Shown here in pieces: positions 60,719 to 64,000 of a stretch of DNA of 64,000 nt. Each line of letters begins with the position of its first letter. Positions within the stretch are counted from its first letter, which is position 1. Below the pieces are notes generated by a model, which worked only from the letters and a program-made list of their open reading frames with translations, did not search any database and was not told the origin of the DNA. Source of the stretch: an uncultured Acidobacteriota bacterium (GTDB lineage: Bacteria; Acidobacteriota; Polarisedimenticolia; J045); the NCBI GenBank assembly GCA_963702425.1, contig CAVPCQ010000030.1, positions 1 through 64,000 on the forward strand, given 5' to 3'. The position numbers were made by a program, and so were the translations under genes.

Positions 60719-61136
60719 CTAGGGCTGCCAGGGATTCACGACCTTGACGCCGCAGCCTTCGAAGTCGTCCACGTTGCGGGTGGCGACGGTCGCGCCCGTG
60801 GCCCACGCGATCGCCGCGATCCTGCATCCAACTGCGAGATGGGCCGTCCCGCTCGGCGCCGGTCGGTCGCGATCTGGCGTAGGGCGGGGCTGCATCGGAG
60901 CCGAACCCAAGGATCCGGCCTTCGAAGTCCTCCGCGAACATGGAGGTCACAGCGGCCTCGAGCGCACGCCGACGGCGACCGGCCGGAAGGAGCATGAGGC
61001 CGTGGAGGATCTCGGCCTGGGTGATGGCCGTCGTGTACAGGCCGGCCGTGGGCTGCTCGCCGATCCAGGCCACGAGCGGCGCGGCGGGTTTCGGTTTCAT
61101 CAGCTCCGAGAGCACGTTCGTATCGAGGATGATCAT
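60719..61136 (-). CDS. vapC: FitB/VapC PIN-domain toxin (two frameshifts at ~60875 and ~60822)
   Basis: MIILDTNVLSELMK...TAITQAEI / RRRAGRPISQLDA / IAAIA...VATRNVDDF...VVNPW, spread over three frames. Confidence 0.85.
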
Positions 61137-61381
61137 CGGCCCGGCCTCGGCGGGTCACGGATCGGCTCGCGAGCGGGGATCTCGAACTCGACGCCGCCCA
61201 GTCGGCGAAAGCGGGCCCGAATGGAGTCGGCCAGGCTGCCCCGTGGAACGGCGTCCTCGCCGAGCGCAGACCGCAGGAGCGAGCGGGCCTCTTCCTCCAT
61301 CGAGCGACCGTGCTGGGCGGCGCGCACGCGCAGTCGCATCTTCGTCTTCTCGTCGAGCTTTCGAATGGTCAGGCTCGCCAT
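61133..61381 (-). CDS. fitA: FitA-like RHH antitoxin
   Basis: MASLTIRKLDEKTKMRLRVRAAQHGRSMEEEAR; ATGA overlap with the toxin; AAGGAG RBS. Confidence 0.9.
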   Translation of the reverse strand: MASLTIRKLDEKTKMRLRVRAAQHGRSMEEEARSLLRSALGEDAVPRGSLADSIRARFRRLGGVEFEIPAREPIRDPPRPGR

Positions 61382-61393
61382 CCTGAGTCTCCT

Positions 61394-61417
61394 TTGAAAG
61401 CACTGACATCAGTGTAT
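61394..61417 (-). promoter_or_regulatory. Candidate fitAB promoter/operator
   Basis: Palindrome CACTGA-CA-TCAGTG at 61401-61414. Minus strand reads TACACT (-10-like) then TGATGTCA-G-TGCTTTCA, similar to the FitA half-site TGCTATCA. Confidence 0.55.
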
Positions 61418-61465
61418 GCACTGCAGGCCAAGCCGTCCAGCGGCGCCCGCGAACGCTGCAGTGGA

Positions 61466-61722
61466 TGAAGTGGGCCAGCGATTTTTCTGACTCCGTGAAT
61501 CGCGGTAACGCCGACTCCCGGCCGGCTGCTCCCCTCTTCGCCGCCGAAAACACGGGGTCGGGCGACGCGTCTGCCTGGCTCTCTCGACGATCGCAGAGAC
61601 GATGAGAGCGCTGCAGTCCCTGGCACCTGGCAGAGCCTCGGCCACCCTCGGTCCGTGCGACTCTCAGAGAGCTGCAGTCGACCGGCCGGCGCCCGCCTTC
61701 GCGCGTCCCCTCGCGCCTCTCC
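61466..61722. repeat. ~257-bp non-coding repeat, copy 2
   Basis: Direct repeat of 60428..60685 with the same TGAAGTGGGCCAGCGATT start and TCGCGCCTCTCC end. Confidence 0.9.
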
Positions 61723-61836
61723 CATCCTCCCGGCCCTCCCGGGACACACCTTCCCCGTTAACCGCCGCTCCCGAAGTTCGAAAAGTGGAGGATTGGCTCG
61801 GCATTCGGAACGCATCTCAAACGACGACTGCCAGCC

Positions 61837-62056
61837 CTACAACTTTTCCCACCGCGCTCTTGTGATCCCTGCCTGCCTGAGGACGATCTTCAACAGCGTG
61901 ATCCCGATGTCCCCGCCGTGGGGATTCGGGATCGTCAGAACCAGGTCGTCTCTTCTGCATGAACTCGTGCCGACCACCCGAGTACGGCCCCGTGAATCCC
62001 GCCCGCCGCAAGGCGGCGACCAGCTCGCGGCGTTTCACCGGCCGCCAGGAAGGCAT
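61837..62056 (-). CDS. hicA: HicA-family toxin (frameshift at ~61950)
   Basis: MPSWRPVKRRELVAALRRAGFTGPYSGGRHEFMQK / DLVLTIPNPHGGDIGITLLKIVLRQAGI...WEKL*. The ATG overlaps the hicB TGA. Confidence 0.85.
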
Positions 62057-62295
62057 CAGCCTGCCTTCCGGATCCTGATTCTCACGCCCCCGAGCGCTGG
62101 AATGTCGAGCCCTCGAGCGACGCGGACGAGGATCCACTCCTCGACGACCTCCTGCAGCTGTGAACGACAGGACTCCAGGGTCGCGCCCGTCGCGATCGCC
62201 CCGCGAAGGCCGCGTACCTCCGCGCAGTACGAGCCATCTTCGAGCTGCGTGTATCGAGCCCGCTCCAGCGCCGCATCGGTATAAGCTCGGATCAT
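62056..62295 (-). CDS. hicB: HicB-family antitoxin (short, no DNA-binding domain)
   Basis: MIRAYTDAALERARY..LEDGSY.AEV.GL.G..ATGATLE.CR..L.EVVEEWI. Confidence 0.88.
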   Translation of the reverse strand: MIRAYTDAALERARYTQLEDGSYCAEVRGLRGAIATGATLESCRSQLQEVVEEWILVRVARGLDIPALGGVRIRIRKAG

Positions 62296-62531
62296 CTTGG
62301 CCTCTCGCGTCCGGGCTGCGCCCGGCACTCCCCGGGGGATCAGGCTCCCCTGCAGTATCCGCGTCGCGCCGCACGGGCGCGTACCGGTCTGGTGATCATA
62401 CCGCATCCGTTCTTTCGTTAGACACGCCAGGGACGGCCGGTACCGATCCGGCCGGCCTCGTTGCACGATGCTCCGGCGCCGCCCGATCCGCTTCCCGACT
62501 GGCGGATCCCATGCCGGGGGAGGATCTCGAT

Positions 62532-63816
62532 ATGGAGCCCGCGCTTCCCCGAACCTGGCCCCGCCGCGCCCGCTCCGCGATCCTCCACGCCCTCTCCCTG
62601 GCCCGGATCGCGTTGCTTGCGGCCACCGACCGCGTCGCCGTCTCCGTCCGCCTGGAGCATGAGGTGGCCCTGCTCCGCGAGGAACTGCGCATCAAGGACG
62701 CTCGCCTGGAGCGCGTCCCGCCGCGTCACCGCCCGCACTACTCCGCGGTCGAACGCCTCGCGATCCTCGAGCTCCGCGCCGCTCAGGGCTGGTCGGCAGC
62801 GCAAACCGCCGAGCGATTCTTCGTCACGGAGGCGACCGTCGCCTCCTGGATGACGCGGCTCGACGAGGACGGGTCCTTCCGCGCCCGTCCAGACGCCCGA
62901 ACCCGTGAACAGGTTCCCGGACCTCGTTGCGCACATCGTGCGGCGGCTGAAGGTGCTCTGCCCCGCGATGGGGACGGCGCGGATCGCCGCCGTGCTCTCC
63001 CGCGCCGGGCTTCACCTCGGACGGACCACCGTCCGCCGGATGCTGAAGCGGCGGCCCCGGCGCGTGGCGCCTGCCGCGACGGTCCGCAGCGGGCGTCGCA
63101 TCCGGTCGTCGCGACCGAACCACATCTGGCTGGTCGACCTGACCACCGTCCCGACGCTCGCCGGGTTCTGGATCCCGTGGCTGCCCTGGTCGCTTCCCCG
63201 GCGCTGGCCGTTCTGCTGCTGGGTCGCCGTCGGTGTCGACCACTTCTCCCGGCGGATCATGGGCGTCCGGGTCTTCCGGGGCCGGCCCGCCGCCGTGGCG
63301 ATGAGCGCCTTCCTGGCCGGCTCGATCCGGGCCGCGGGGCAGGCGCCACGACACCTGATCACGGACCGCGGGAAGCAGTTCACGGCGAGGTCGTTCCGGC
63401 GCGGCTGCCGTCGTGCCGGAATCCGGCAGCGCTTCGGCGCGATCGGAAAGCACGGCAGCATCGCGCTCGTCGAGCGCTGCATCCGGACGCTCAAGGACGA
63501 AGGCGTGCGGCGCTGGCTGGCGCCGGTCCGGCGGCGGAGCGTCGGGCGGGAGATGTCGCTCTTCGCCGACTGGTACAACGGCCAGCGCCCGCACGCCGGG
63601 CTGGCGGGTGCGACCCCCGACGAGATCTACTTCGGGCGCCGGCCGGCGCATCATCGGCCGCGCTTCGAACCCCGCGCGCGATGGCCGCGCTCGTCGCGCT
63701 GCGCCAGGCCGCAGGCGCCGGTCCGCGGGCGGCCGGGCGTGCGGCTCGCGCTCGAGGTGCGGTACCTGCAAGGGCGAGCGCACCTTCCCGTCGTCGCGCT
63801 GACCCGCGCGGCCTGA
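62532..63816 (+). mobile_element. HTH + rve (DDE) integrase/transposase, IS481/IS3-like; frameshift at ~62880
   Basis: N-terminal coiled coil and HTH (GWSAAQTAERFFVTEATVASW); RPNHIWLVDLT (D), ITDRGKQF (D), ALVERCIRTLK (E) and WYNGQRPHAGLAGATPDE motifs. Confidence 0.9.
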
Positions 63817-64000
63817 GGGAGGTATCTGCGGTTCTGTTCCGGCCGGGGGCGCCGTGTGCGCTCGTGCAGCCCAGCATGCCGCTCGACGAGCGATCTCCGT
63901 CGCTGTGCTGACGCTCGGCCCGATTTCGCCGCGCTGAGTGAGCGCCGCGACGGCCTTGCGATGCCGAGAACCGCATCCGGCCGCGACCCAAAGTCGGTGG

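Noticed and set aside
60216-61645. Small ORFs within the 257-bp repeats (60216..60608, 61409..61645, 61155..61553)
   Set aside because: The frame is not conserved between the copies (1-bp indel) and substitutions are not biased to synonymous sites.
60428-61722. Classical integron attC sites
   Set aside because: The repeats are too long, lack clear RYYYAAC/GTTRRRY ends and are not one long palindrome. There is no tyrosine recombinase in the window.
62860-62905. IS3-type programmed -1 frameshift in the integrase
   Set aside because: No A6G or X XXY YYZ slippery site is visible, and unexplained indels are common across the window.
258-63816. Whole window as a composite transposon or genomic island between two integrase copies
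   Set aside because: The interior is ordinary chromosomal housekeeping content, the left copy is a short diverged fragment, and no terminal repeats are evident.

Overview
Very GC-rich bacterial chromosomal window. The gene content (large secreted Kelch, TSP3-repeat, M14 and GH39-like proteins, OmpW-like barrels) suggests a diderm such as Acidobacteriota; this is inference only. Most of it is housekeeping or accessory metabolism: DpsL, RecQ, an MIO-type ammonia-lyase, HMG-CoA lyase, dGTPase, ferredoxin, WecB, Nth, a two-component pair, GpmI, DsbA-like, ADP-ribosylglycohydrolase, and a pdhA-pdhB-E2-lpdA-lipoate ligase cluster. Many genes, including lpdA, gpmI and dgt, carry single-base frameshifts, most likely uncorrected long-read indels, so pseudogene calls need caution. 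The most unusual structure is at 60.4-63.8 kb: two toxin-antitoxin cassettes (hicB-hicA and fitA-fitB/vapC), each followed by a copy of a ~257-bp non-coding repeat with a sharp TG/CA boundary, lie divergent from an rve/DDE integrase. This is an integron-like layout without IntI or attC. Other notable points: a GTAG-type REP family whose GTAG supplies the TAG stop codon of five genes; an ammonia-lyase with Ala-Cys-Gly instead of Ala-Ser-Gly, in an operon with a catalytically dead transglutaminase and a GTDC1/QTMAN-like glycosyltransferase; and a shared ~100-aa module in several large secreted proteins that may be a sorting or anchoring domain. No rRNA, tRNA or CRISPR array was recognised.
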